A stretch of 64,000 nt of DNA from Gallionellaceae bacterium (GCA_049582805.1 JBAUUR010000012.1:244-64243); one strand, 5' to 3'. Numbered from the stretch's first letter, positions 1 to 8,751 are shown. Numbers and translations are program-made. Notes: a model not told the origin generated them from the letters alone.

Positions 1-1137
1 AAATGTTCAAACTTCAAATCAAGATAGCGTGCAGCAGTTACCGGAGTAATCCGATTGGCAGACAGCGCCTCAAGTACAAGCTGTATGTATGGGCGCCCAT
101 TGCGGCCGAGCGCCTTGGTGACAGGCGTGGCGAATCCCTTGCCTCGTGCCGGCAGAGTCGCAACATAGTTGTCCCATTCTCTCTTCCATACCGAATACCG
201 CTCCCAACTCATAAATCCGGATTCACGTAACCGGGTAGCCAAAGCCAGCGGCGTAATTCTGAACCGCCTGGCCAATCGCCGTGTTGATTGAATATCCCAA
301 TCAGCTCCGCCTAACCCGAGAGAAACAATCTCATTTCGTAAAGCATTCTCCGGGACAAGCGCATTACTAGCCGCGATCTCGGCGAAACGCTCAAGCCCAT
401 TCCATTCGTCACTTGACCTGTCTTCCCTGATTGCAGGCGCCTCTTCATGCCCGGCAGCCAGCATCAAATGCACGAGTTCGTGCAATACCGTATAACTCCT
501 GACTTCCGGAATTTCTTTGTTATTGATACCAACCACTGGAAGCGGCGTTCTCAACAAAGCCAGGCCGCGCACTTCAGAAATAGCCACTTTGCTGAATTGA
601 AAAACCAGCACGCCCAGGTTCTCAACCGCGGAACGCCATGATGCCCATGCGCGCCATTCGTTGGGCCATGCCAACTGGTCATCCAGAGACACGCCCAGCG
701 CTGCTCTTAAACGCGCGCCGACCTCAATGGGCGATTCCTTTAATTTCGCACTCAAGGAAAATTCTGGAACAACCTCCCCAAGTTCGCCCATCAGATTCAG
801 CGTGTTTTCACGCCGCGCCAGCATTTGCCGCAGGTTCAGTCGCAACTCCGGCGACTCATGCCCTGGAATTACATGAGGAAGCCGTCTATATTCAGCTGCA
901 AGCGGTGTTAGCTGGGGAGGTTCAGGCAGAAAAAAAACACTGAGTGGCCGATGGAAGAAATGCGCAAGAGGTTTCTACCTGGCGCATTGTGGGAAGTGAT
1001 TCCCCCTTCTCCCAGGCCTCAACCTTTTCAGGCTTTACATTTAGCCGTTTCGCCACTCGAAACAACTCAAAGCCGCTTTCTTGGCGAGCCCAGGAAAGCA
1101 GCGTGGGGTTAATCGAAATGTGTTGAGGAGTTGGCAT
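1..1137 (-). pseudogene. XRE-type HTH fused to an ImmA/IrrE-like (COG2856-type) zinc metallopeptidase. The frame is broken at an A8/T8 run and the C-terminus runs off the window start.
   Basis: ORF 922..1137 gives the HTH-like part (INPTLLSWARQESGF...EKVEAWEKGESLPTMRQVE). My hand translation of the adjacent frame from about 935 down to 1 continues FFLPEPPQLTPL...VGINNKEIPEVRSYTVLHELVHLMLAAGHEE...FAEIAASNALVPE...RLARRFRITPLALATRLRE. That is an HExxH peptidase core typical of ImmA/IrrE proteins. The two frames join if the T8 run (930..937) were T7. Confidence 0.6.
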
Positions 1138-1302
1138 AGGGTAGGATCAAGCGAAACATTTTCGCCGTAATTATCCCCCAAATGAACTGGACAATACAGC
1201 TTGGCACAACTGCGATGGGCGTTGCGATAAATAAATCAGACTCCATTTCTGCTTAAAAACAATTCGAAGCTGACCCGTTTAGTCTTGGACGATCTGAGAC
1301 AT

Positions 1303-2211
1303 TTAGCTCCTCGATTTCATATTTGATTTGATTTTTCGAATAACGTTTTTGTAGTAGATGCTCTTATCTTCGTTTGGTCTATCACATGCCTGAACTAATA
1401 CATTATTCGCCCGCAGAAATCTTAGCTTCGTTCGGTCCAAATCTTCTCGCTGCTTAGGACAGTAGTAGTAAATCTTATTTTGGATATTCAGCTCGCTTCT
1501 TTTGATAGCGGCGCGCGCCCGAAAGGTCAATAACCACCATAAATGAATTTCAACGAAATCCAGCCCCAAGCCTACTATATGGACATCATGTGTAAAAAAC
1601 ACATCTAACCAACTCTCGATTTCATTTGGGTTGTTACTTCTTAATTTCTTGGTTATTGGGTCAGGACGGAAGTCTTTGTATGAATCGCCTGTTCCAGACA
1701 CCACATAGTTACGCATAGCCTGCAAGTAACCGGAGTAATGCTCATATCCGAGAGCAATTGAGTTTGGTGTGTGTGCATCACCGTGGATATGCCAGAACCG
1801 AACATTTTTAGCCTTGTAATGCCTAAAGATGCTGTATCGAGTCTCAGATACCCTGCCTTCGTTTTTAAGTTTGGGTGGCGTTTTTTTTAATGCCTGCTCT
1901 AATGTGAATTCGTAATTTGTGGTTAATACCTCTTTAATTCCAAGATTCAACAAATCAGTATGTATTTTGTTTGGTCTTAGCCCTTGTACTTTATTCCCAA
2001 TAAATCGTTTAATATCATTCTCTGATTTCGTGCCATGAGTTTCTGCGTAAATACATATTTCCTCATAGAACAAAGGAAACTGCTCTCGCAAATCATTTAT
2101 CTTATTTTTTGCCCCTACATCTTTTACCAAATCCTTAAGTAGCTGCGCCCAATCGTAACCGGGACTTAGTGAATTAATATCATTGCCGATCAAGAGCGCA
2201 TTCTTATTCAT
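1303..2211 (-). CDS. SIR2-like (SIR2_2/ThsA-type Rossmann fold) protein, 302 aa, with no recognisable sensor domain
   Basis: Motifs seen: N-terminal ALLIGNDINS, VLTTNYEF (Asn99), RFWHIHGD (His141/143), and the distal block VHIVGLGLDFVEIHLWWLL. These resemble the GAGxS / TTNYD / HG / (F,I)GYSLxD landmarks of SIR2_2. The region is AT-rich; spot counts of 60-nt lines give about 30 % G+C. Confidence 0.55.
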   Translation of the reverse strand: MNKNALLIGNDINSLSPGYDWAQLLKDLVKDVGAKNKINDLREQFPLFYEEICIYAETHGTKSENDIKRFIGNKVQGLRPNKIHTDLLNLGIKEVLTTNYEFTLEQALKKTPPKLKNEGRVSETRYSIFRHYKAKNVRFWHIHGDAHTPNSIALGYEHYSGYLQAMRNYVVSGTGDSYKDFRPDPITKKLRSNNPNEIESWLDVFFTHDVHIVGLGLDFVEIHLWWLLTFRARAAIKRSELNIQNKIYYYCPKQREDLDRTKLRFLRANNVLVQACDRPNEDKSIYYKNVIRKIKSNMKSRS

Positions 2212-2242
2212 AATCCAGCCAACTTTCTAAATTATTTTGATT

Positions 2243-3676
2243 CTAAAGTTTGCTTGCTGAACGTCGCTTTGAGCCATCGATGAACACGATTTCGGATGTC
2301 GGCTCGCCCCGTGTAGCCTGCTCATTTTTGGCCTTGAGCAAATCTTGATCTTTCTTACCCATCCCACCAACATTGATGACAACATAAACGCCCTTCGATG
2401 TTTTTTCGGATTTCTTGTAAGCCTCGAGTTGCTTCTCATAACCAGCAACAACTTTAGGACTATCAGAGAGCTTGATTTCAACCATGATCTTAGCCTTGGC
2501 ACCTACAGAAAATTTGAAATCAACTACACCAGTCCCAGTGTCCATCTCTGGACTTACATCTAGATTATTCGCCTCGCAATAACTATAAGCTACCGCAAAG
2601 AATAAACGTTGAGCAGATTTCTCTGGCCGCCTCTTCACACCTTGCCACAGTTCTTTCCATAGCCCTTTATCTTCAACCAAGAAGCAAAACTGGTTCACAA
2701 TTTTCAAAACAATTTCGTAAACATCATCTATTGATGCTGCTGCACCTAGCATCAACGTTAAAGGCTCGTCGCGCGCGGCAGAGGTAAGTAAGTCTCGCCA
2801 CTTCAACAAGCCTTGAGGATCTTTCTCAAAGTCATAACTGGTCGGTATGGCTTCATGAATAGACTGCATCAGCGCTTCAAATGCATCTTTGCTTGCCAGC
2901 ACCGATCTCCTAATTTCACTTTTTTGTCGCCTGCTTTTGGCCTCCCAAATAGCACCGATCAACCGATTTGTCGTTGCTCGTAGCAGCGCATTCTTACGTG
3001 CCGCCTCACACACACTATCCCAATCTTGAGCAAGGGGTAATTCCCTAAGCACATCTTTAGGCAAGAGGATAATTGGGGTACGGCGAGTAGCCGTCGGATT
3101 TACTGGGAGATGAATAGATTGTGTGCCAAATTGGAACAGCTCTGTTGGCACATCAAGTGAATTAAGCACTCTCGTATTAAATTCAAACAAATCAGAAAGA
3201 ATAATATTTGTTGTCATATCGCTAATCAAATCAGGCCCAACACCCTCCTCAAGCAATGGGAGAGCAACAAACAAATCAGGATCAACAACCCCCAGATCAA
3301 CGATTTCTTTAGCAGTGGTCAGGATTCGGCTAGATAATTCTGGACCAAAGGCACTCCCTCGTATCGAGGCAGCACTGTAGCCCAAGCAAGTCCCGGGTAC
3401 TTCTGAAAAATGAAGCCTACGTTGCGCCTCACGCCAAGCAACATCACCTATACGCGTAGATGCTTTTAGAAGCTTGATTATCTCTGCAAAATAATTACGA
3501 AATGATTTTGTTCCCTTTCGAATCTCGGGGTGCTTACTAACACCCAGAAGAAGAGGGTCAATAAATAATTTCACGTCGACATTCAGCGTTGGATCAAGAA
3601 CGCCAAGTCCATCCAGTACTGACTCGTGTACACCGAAGTGTTCTGAAAATTGGATGGGATTACGTATTTTACCCAT
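2243..3676 (-). CDS. Hypothetical 477-aa protein with an unrecognised N-terminal region and a PD-(D/E)xK (restriction-endonuclease-like) C-terminal core
   Basis: C-terminal pattern: ...RLFFAVAYSYCE(368)...GVVD(386)FKFSVGAKAKIMVE(400)IK(402)LS...YEKQLEAYKK...GVYVVINVG. This fits helix-E / strand-D / strand-ExK / Q-helix. The gene starts 27 nt downstream of the hsdS stop, and its own stop lies 31 nt upstream of the SIR2-like gene start. AT-rich. Confidence 0.45.
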   Translation of the reverse strand: MGKIRNPIQFSEHFGVHESVLDGLGVLDPTLNVDVKLFIDPLLLGVSKHPEIRKGTKSFRNYFAEIIKLLKASTRIGDVAWREAQRRLHFSEVPGTCLGYSAASIRGSAFGPELSSRILTTAKEIVDLGVVDPDLFVALPLLEEGVGPDLISDMTTNIILSDLFEFNTRVLNSLDVPTELFQFGTQSIHLPVNPTATRRTPIILLPKDVLRELPLAQDWDSVCEAARKNALLRATTNRLIGAIWEAKSRRQKSEIRRSVLASKDAFEALMQSIHEAIPTSYDFEKDPQGLLKWRDLLTSAARDEPLTLMLGAAASIDDVYEIVLKIVNQFCFLVEDKGLWKELWQGVKRRPEKSAQRLFFAVAYSYCEANNLDVSPEMDTGTGVVDFKFSVGAKAKIMVEIKLSDSPKVVAGYEKQLEAYKKSEKTSKGVYVVINVGGMGKKDQDLLKAKNEQATRGEPTSEIVFIDGSKRRSASKL

Positions 3677-3703
3677 GGCTTAAAGTTTCAATTTTTATGC
3701 ACG

Positions 3704-5077
3704 TTAATCGTGGCAGGAAAATGATTTAGCCAGAATTGACTGACGCAGGTGTTCGGCGCGCTTGACGTTGGCGTCAACCTGCTCATCGACTTCGCGGATG
3801 AGGGAGAGGCGACGGTCGACTTCGGTGACAATGCGGTGTTGTTCAGCAATGGGCGGCACCGGAACTCTAAATAGCTTCACGTCACCAACGTTGATATGGG
3901 CAACAGTGCTTCCAAGCGACTGAGCACGATATTGTGATTTAACGATTTCCGAGTGCAGGGTATGTCTGAGCAAGCTATTCAAAAACAAGGTGGAGGCCCT
4001 GAGGAGCATTACCCTCTGACCTAAACATGGCTTCATTCGATCAGGAACCAGAACTGCCGTGCCTATAGTTCCCTCTCTCGCGAAAACGATATCTCCAGTT
4101 TTTGGTTCAAGCCGCGCAATGCGCTCTTGGTAGGTCGCATCGTCAACGTACCTGGCGCGCTCGATTGCCAAGCCTTCGGATGTCATCCATGTGGTATCAA
4201 CGCATGGAATACCCTCGCTCTGGAATCGTGGCGTACTGTGCGGGCAGTCGACTATCTGCTCACACACCGAATCAACTGTAGCCCACACCCACCCCGCCGG
4301 TAATTCGGCTAGGTCGGAGGTGTCTGGCGCGGCGGGTTCTTTGTATTTGCCCTTGCCTTGCCACTGGCTGCGGCGGGTTTCGAGGATGCGTTGCAGGAGT
4401 TGGGCGCCGGTTTCGTAGCTGCGGCCTTCGCGGCGGGCGAGTCCGGCTTCGGTTTCGACGAGGCGGCCTTCGACGGCGGCTTTGAGGACGGAAGCTTTGT
4501 AGCGCTTGAGGTTGGCCTTGACGTGCTTGAGGTTGGCGACGGCTTCGTCGAGGCGGGAGAATTGTTTTTCGATTTCCGCGACGATGAGTTTTTGTTGGTC
4601 GAGGGGTGCGACGGGAATCGGTAATTGTTTTGCTTTGGCGCCGGAAAGCTCAAGAAAGGTTGTGCCGCTCGCCATGCTCTCCGCCAGATCTTTGCTTCCC
4701 TTTAACCACCAGTACACGTAATCCGGCAGAACGCCTTCCTTCAGGACAAAGCTCTTGAAGCCTTGGTTTGTGCAGACAGGTCTAGAAGCAATTGCGACAT
4801 AGCCAATCGGTGCACGCGACGTAAACAGCACCGTGCCTGCCGGTATCATTTTGGCGGAAGATTCTTCCAGCCCCTTTTTCGTTATGAAGCGAGCACCATG
4901 GGCGATGTACTTCGCTGTATAGCCAGATAGATCGGCGGGTGTTATCCAAGAGATCGTGCCACTCTCATAATTGGTTGGGTCGTTAGTTTTCGGGGTACCA
5001 CCGCCAACGACATCAGCGATCTCGCCCATAGTCGTCCATTTCCAATCCGGTGGTAGCTCGATCAGTTCGGTATTCAT
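3704..5077 (-). CDS. hsdS: Type I restriction-modification specificity subunit HsdS
   Basis: Two target-recognition domains separated by a helical conserved region (QQKLIVAEIEKQFSRLDEAVANLKHVKANLKRYKASVLKAAVEGRL; second repeat IAEQHRIVTEVDRRLSLIREVDEQVDANVKRAEHLRQSIL). N-terminal GGGTPKT motif. Its start overlaps the hsdR stop by 4 nt. Confidence 0.9.
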   Translation of the reverse strand: MNTELIELPPDWKWTTMGEIADVVGGGTPKTNDPTNYESGTISWITPADLSGYTAKYIAHGARFITKKGLEESSAKMIPAGTVLFTSRAPIGYVAIASRPVCTNQGFKSFVLKEGVLPDYVYWWLKGSKDLAESMASGTTFLELSGAKAKQLPIPVAPLDQQKLIVAEIEKQFSRLDEAVANLKHVKANLKRYKASVLKAAVEGRLVETEAGLARREGRSYETGAQLLQRILETRRSQWQGKGKYKEPAAPDTSDLAELPAGWVWATVDSVCEQIVDCPHSTPRFQSEGIPCVDTTWMTSEGLAIERARYVDDATYQERIARLEPKTGDIVFAREGTIGTAVLVPDRMKPCLGQRVMLLRASTLFLNSLLRHTLHSEIVKSQYRAQSLGSTVAHINVGDVKLFRVPVPPIAEQHRIVTEVDRRLSLIREVDEQVDANVKRAEHLRQSILAKSFSCHD

Positions 5078-7986
5078 GCCGCCAATGTCTCGTTCAATTC
5101 TTCAATGATCGTGTTCAGCTTGTCGCCGAATAGTTGATGCACTTTGCCGAGTCCGCCTTGTTGCGAAAATGGTGCGTACTCGAAATCGTCTGGCTCGATG
5201 CTGAGGTTTGCGGCGATGTGGTCGCGGATCATTTCGAGCCATTGGAGTTGTTCCTCTGTGAAAGGCTCTGGATTCCCGCTTTCGCGGGAATGACGACCTT
5301 GGGTAGCGAGCCATACCCTGAAGTTGGTGTTGACGCGCTCGGGGAACGGGATGAGTTCGTTGTCCTGGTGGATGGCGAAACGCACGAGGGACACGAGGTC
5401 GGTGAGGATGCGTTTGGCACTGGTGCCTTTGACCTTGGATTTTTCCAGCGCGGCGTAGGCGTTCCAGAGTTGGGATTCGTTCCACAGATAGGGTGGCTTT
5501 TCGATGGCGTCGGCGAGTTCCTTGATGTGCTCGAATTGCAGGCGTTTGCCTGCCTGCGTCACTCTGTGACGCGCAGGTAAACTGTAGAGCACTTGCAGGG
5601 CGGTGATTTCGTCCTTGTGGTCGTTGATGAATTGCTCGAAGGACTGGACCATGCCTTTGGCGCGGTCGAGGGCTTCGGCGGAGAAACCGCTTTCGAGGAT
5701 TTCGTCGGCGCTGACGTGGTCGATGGTGATTTCGGTTTTTGCTTTTAGGTCGATTAAGAGTTGGCGCAGGGTTGGGTCGTGCAGGGGTTTGACGGCGTCA
5801 TTGACGATGCGGGCGCGGGCTTCGATGCGCTGGGTTTCTGGATTCAGGCTTTCGCCGGAATGACGGCTTCCCTCTCCCCCGCCCTCTCCCGGAGGGAGAG
5901 GGGGTTGGATGGCGCCCTCCCCCAGAGGGAGAGGGAGTGTGCTGTCGGGGTCGAGGGAATGGACGATGCGGTGGGCGAGGTCTTTTAGGCCGAAGCCGCC
6001 GCTGGCGGCGCGGATTTTTTGGTCGTCGGAGGCAGAGATACGGTGTTCCATTCTTGCGAGGCGGCCGGCGAGCGAGGTGAGGACGTCGTCTTCGGTGTTG
6101 CCGAAGGCGACGGCCTGCATGAGTTTTTCGAAGCTGACGGTGGGCTTTTGCTCCATGGGGCGCGAATCGGTTTTGTCCTGCTCGCAGACGCCGACGGCGT
6201 CGACGATGACGAAGTGGTCCTTGGCTTTGGCATCGGGCGTGACGCTTTGCAGGTCATCAGTTTTCATGATGCGCACACCGCGGCCTTTCATCTGCTCGAA
6301 GTAGGCGCGGGATTTGACGGCACGCATGAACATGACGATTTCCACCGCCTTGATGTCAGTGCCGGTGGCGATCATGTCTACCGTTACCGCGATGCGCGGC
6401 ATGGGACTGGTGCGGAATTCGTTGATGAGGTCTTTAGGTTTCGCGCCGGTGGTGCGGTAGGTGATCTTCTGCGCAAAGTCGTTGCCCTTGGCGAATTCCT
6501 CGCGCACGATCTCGACGATGTTTTCGGCGTGTGCGTCGTCCTTGGCGAAGATGAGGGTCTTGGGCACCCAATCGCGGCCGGGGAAGATTTCGGTGAAGAG
6601 CTTGTCGCGGAAGGTGCGGATGATGGTGCGGATCTGGTCCGGGGCGACCACGTCGCGGTCGAGCTGGTTAGGGTCGTAGCTGAAGTCGTCGTCGAGCTGT
6701 TCCCAGCGCTTCTTGCGGGTGTCGCGCTCCATGATCTGCACTGCGTAGCCGGACTCCACCTTGGAGCCGGTCTCGGTGATTCTGGTGCGGATGCGGTAGA
6801 CATCGTAGTTGACGTTGACGCCGTCGGCCACGGCCATTTCGTGGTTGTATTCCATCACCAGGTTCTGGTGGAAGAAGCCGAAAGTCTGCTTGCTGGGCGT
6901 GGCGGTGAGGCCGATCAGGTAGGCGTCGAAGTATTCCAGCACCTGCGCCCAGAGGTTGTAGATGGAGCGGTGACATTCGTCGGTGATGATGATGTCGAAG
7001 CTCTCGATGGGGATGCTGGGGTTGTATTCGATGGGTTCCGGTTGATTGAACAGGCCGCTGAGTTGATCGACTGATTCTTCTTCGAGGTCTTCTGGCAGGT
7101 CTCTACCCTTGAGCATCGAGTACATGCGCTGAATGGTGCAGATGCAGACCCGCGCGGTGGTGTCGAGGGTGTTGCCCTGCAGGCGCTGGACAATGTATTC
7201 CTCGGTGAACTTGAAGTTGTTGTAGGGCGAGGCGTATTGCTGGAATTCCTTCAGCGTCTGGTCGGCGAGATTGCCGCGGTCGACCAGGAACAGGACTCTT
7301 CTTGCGCCGGCGAACTTGATCAGGCGGTAGATGAAGCTGATGGCGGTGAAAGTCTTGCCGGAGCCGGTGGCCATCTGGATCAGGGCGCGCGGACGGTTTT
7401 CCCTGAGCGATTGTTCGAGGTTGTGGATGGCGGTGACTTGCGCGGGCCAGAGGCCTTGTTCGACCAGGTACGGCATGTTGCGCAGGTTTGCCAGAAACGT
7501 TCCCGGCGCGAATTGCGCGGCTGGTGCAGGATTGCCGCCGCCAATGTTCAGCACCGTGGCTTGCGGCAGCAGACTGATCCACTCGGCCAGTATTTGCGGT
7601 TTATGGAAGGCGAACACCGGGCGCGAGCGCGGTTGCGGATCGAGGCCGTTGGTGAAGCGGGTTTCGATGCCGGTGGACTGGTAGGCGAACGGCAAGGGAT
7701 TGCGCCAGCACGGCAGGCCGTCGGGCAGGCCTTGTTTGTATTTGTCGGATTGGGTTTCGACGCCGCTCAAGGGAAAACCCTCTTTCTTGGCCTCGATCAC
7801 GCCGGCCGCCTTGCCATCCACATACAGCAGGTAGTCGGCAAAACCGTGGCCGGACTTGAGCGGGAATTCGCGAATCGCCACGCCTCGCGCTGCATGGATA
7901 TTGGCGGCAGACGCGTCGCACACAAGCCAGCCTGCCTGCGCAAGCAAATGGTCGATATTTTGTCTGGCGAGTTCTTCAGGCGACAC
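5074..7986 (-). CDS. hsdR: Type I restriction enzyme R subunit HsdR (EcoEI-like C-terminal domain)
   Basis: HSDR_N-like N-terminus (GFADYLLYVDGKAAGVIEAKK). SF2 helicase motifs MATGSGKT, ITDECHRS, GLTATP. C-terminus FTEEQLQWLEMIRDHIAANLSIEPDDFEYAPF. Carries in-frame repeat-derived segments. Confidence 0.92.
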   Translation of the reverse strand: MSPEELARQNIDHLLAQAGWLVCDASAANIHAARGVAIREFPLKSGHGFADYLLYVDGKAAGVIEAKKEGFPLSGVETQSDKYKQGLPDGLPCWRNPLPFAYQSTGIETRFTNGLDPQPRSRPVFAFHKPQILAEWISLLPQATVLNIGGGNPAPAAQFAPGTFLANLRNMPYLVEQGLWPAQVTAIHNLEQSLRENRPRALIQMATGSGKTFTAISFIYRLIKFAGARRVLFLVDRGNLADQTLKEFQQYASPYNNFKFTEEYIVQRLQGNTLDTTARVCICTIQRMYSMLKGRDLPEDLEEESVDQLSGLFNQPEPIEYNPSIPIESFDIIITDECHRSIYNLWAQVLEYFDAYLIGLTATPSKQTFGFFHQNLVMEYNHEMAVADGVNVNYDVYRIRTRITETGSKVESGYAVQIMERDTRKKRWEQLDDDFSYDPNQLDRDVVAPDQIRTIIRTFRDKLFTEIFPGRDWVPKTLIFAKDDAHAENIVEIVREEFAKGNDFAQKITYRTTGAKPKDLINEFRTSPMPRIAVTVDMIATGTDIKAVEIVMFMRAVKSRAYFEQMKGRGVRIMKTDDLQSVTPDAKAKDHFVIVDAVGVCEQDKTDSRPMEQKPTVSFEKLMQAVAFGNTEDDVLTSLAGRLARMEHRISASDDQKIRAASGGFGLKDLAHRIVHSLDPDSTLPLPLGEGAIQPPLPPGEGGGEGSRHSGESLNPETQRIEARARIVNDAVKPLHDPTLRQLLIDLKAKTEITIDHVSADEILESGFSAEALDRAKGMVQSFEQFINDHKDEITALQVLYSLPARHRVTQAGKRLQFEHIKELADAIEKPPYLWNESQLWNAYAALEKSKVKGTSAKRILTDLVSLVRFAIHQDNELIPFPERVNTNFRVWLATQGRHSRESGNPEPFTEEQLQWLEMIRDHIAANLSIEPDDFEYAPFSQQGGLGKVHQLFGDKLNTIIEELNETLAA
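5270..5295. repeat. Palindromic repeat, 'IPAFAGMT'-type (GGATTCCCGCTTTCGCGGGAATGACG), inside hsdR
   Basis: Inverted core TCCCGC/GCGGGA. The same core occurs at 5841, 10731-10796 and 24406-24451. Translated in frame in HsdR as ...GRHSRESGNPEPF... Confidence 0.8.
5841..5942. repeat. Composite repeat inside hsdR: one IPAFAGMT-type unit followed by 'GEG'-type CCCTCTCCC...GGGAGAGGG palindromes
   Basis: Sequence: ggattcaggctttcgccggaatgacgg, then cttccctctcccccgccctctcccggagggagagggggttgg...ccctcccccagagggagagggag. Translated in frame as LPLPLGEGAIQPPLPPGEGGGEGSRHSGESLNPETQ. Confidence 0.8.
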
Positions 7987-8167
7987 AGTATTTTTTATGG
8001 GAACTGGAGTTCCCTATTCCACTAATAGCGGCTGAGTGTCGCACCCTATGGGGGCGCTGTCCATATGCCAAAAGGCATACACTCTCAGCCTTGCAGCGAT
8101 ATTCATCGAACGATACTTCCGGCTGTTCGTGCTCGCCTGTTGCATATGATGCAGATTCTCGAATCGG

Positions 8168-8524
8168 TCATTCGTACTCGGTATATTTTTTTGAACTGCC
8201 CCGAACTTTGTCCGCCGGATATTTCTTGGCATTGATCGCCAGCTTCTTCTCGACCGCGGCCATCAAGTCCAGTTGCAATCTATCCGCCATCTCAACGAGG
8301 TAAATCTGGATGTCGGCGAGTTCGAGTTCGATCTCGGCAAGTTTCTCTGGCGTAAGGTTGGCGCTCTGTTCTTCGGTCAGCCACTGAAAATGCTCGACCA
8401 GCTCGGCCGCCTCGGCAATCAAAGCCATGGAAAGATTCTTGGGCGAATGGAACTGGTCCCAGTCGCGCTCGGCCACGAACTGGCGCAGTTTCTGTTTTAA
8501 TTGATCAAGTTCCGCCCCCACCAC
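8168..8524 (-). CDS. MazG-like nucleotide pyrophosphohydrolase (small single-domain type)
   Basis: ERDWDQFHSPKNLSMALIAEAAELVEHFQW...ELADIQIYLVEMADRL is characteristic of the MazG-like all-alpha NTP-PPase family. GTG start preceded by AAGGAGG. Confidence 0.75.
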   Translation of the reverse strand: MVGAELDQLKQKLRQFVAERDWDQFHSPKNLSMALIAEAAELVEHFQWLTEEQSANLTPEKLAEIELELADIQIYLVEMADRLQLDLMAAVEKKLAINAKKYPADKVRGSSKKYTEYE

Positions 8525-8751
8525 CTTTACCTCCTTTGCTTACGCACAGCATGCGAATAGTAACGGTTTCCGGCGCTTCGCGGCAGGTCAAATTAGACGA
8601 CCCTCTCAGTCAGGGCGTCGATGGCTTGAAGGTTCTTTGCCCGCCCCAACTTGAGGTCGCAATTTGCGACTTCAAGCTTGATATTCCAATCTGGCATATC
8701 AAAAAGGCGAACCTTGCCACCTCCAACCATTTCTGAAGTAGACTTTCCCCC

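Noticed and set aside
6019-7074. 351-aa plus-strand ORF inside hsdR. Similar long antisense ORFs: 8593..9540, 11445..12563, 13838..14617, 24965..26194, 31569..32567, 54575..55858, 59704..60570, 61389..62546, 62583..63470.
   Set aside because: Each lies entirely opposite a gene with clear family motifs. Their products are Arg/Ala/Gly/His/Val-rich low-complexity strings with no motifs. This is the usual shadow-ORF effect of high-GC DNA.
3704-7986. Calling the R-M system an orphan or non-functional system because hsdM is missing.
   Set aside because: The window ends 1.1 kb beyond the inserted cassette and hsdM may lie just outside. Absence cannot be concluded from this sequence.
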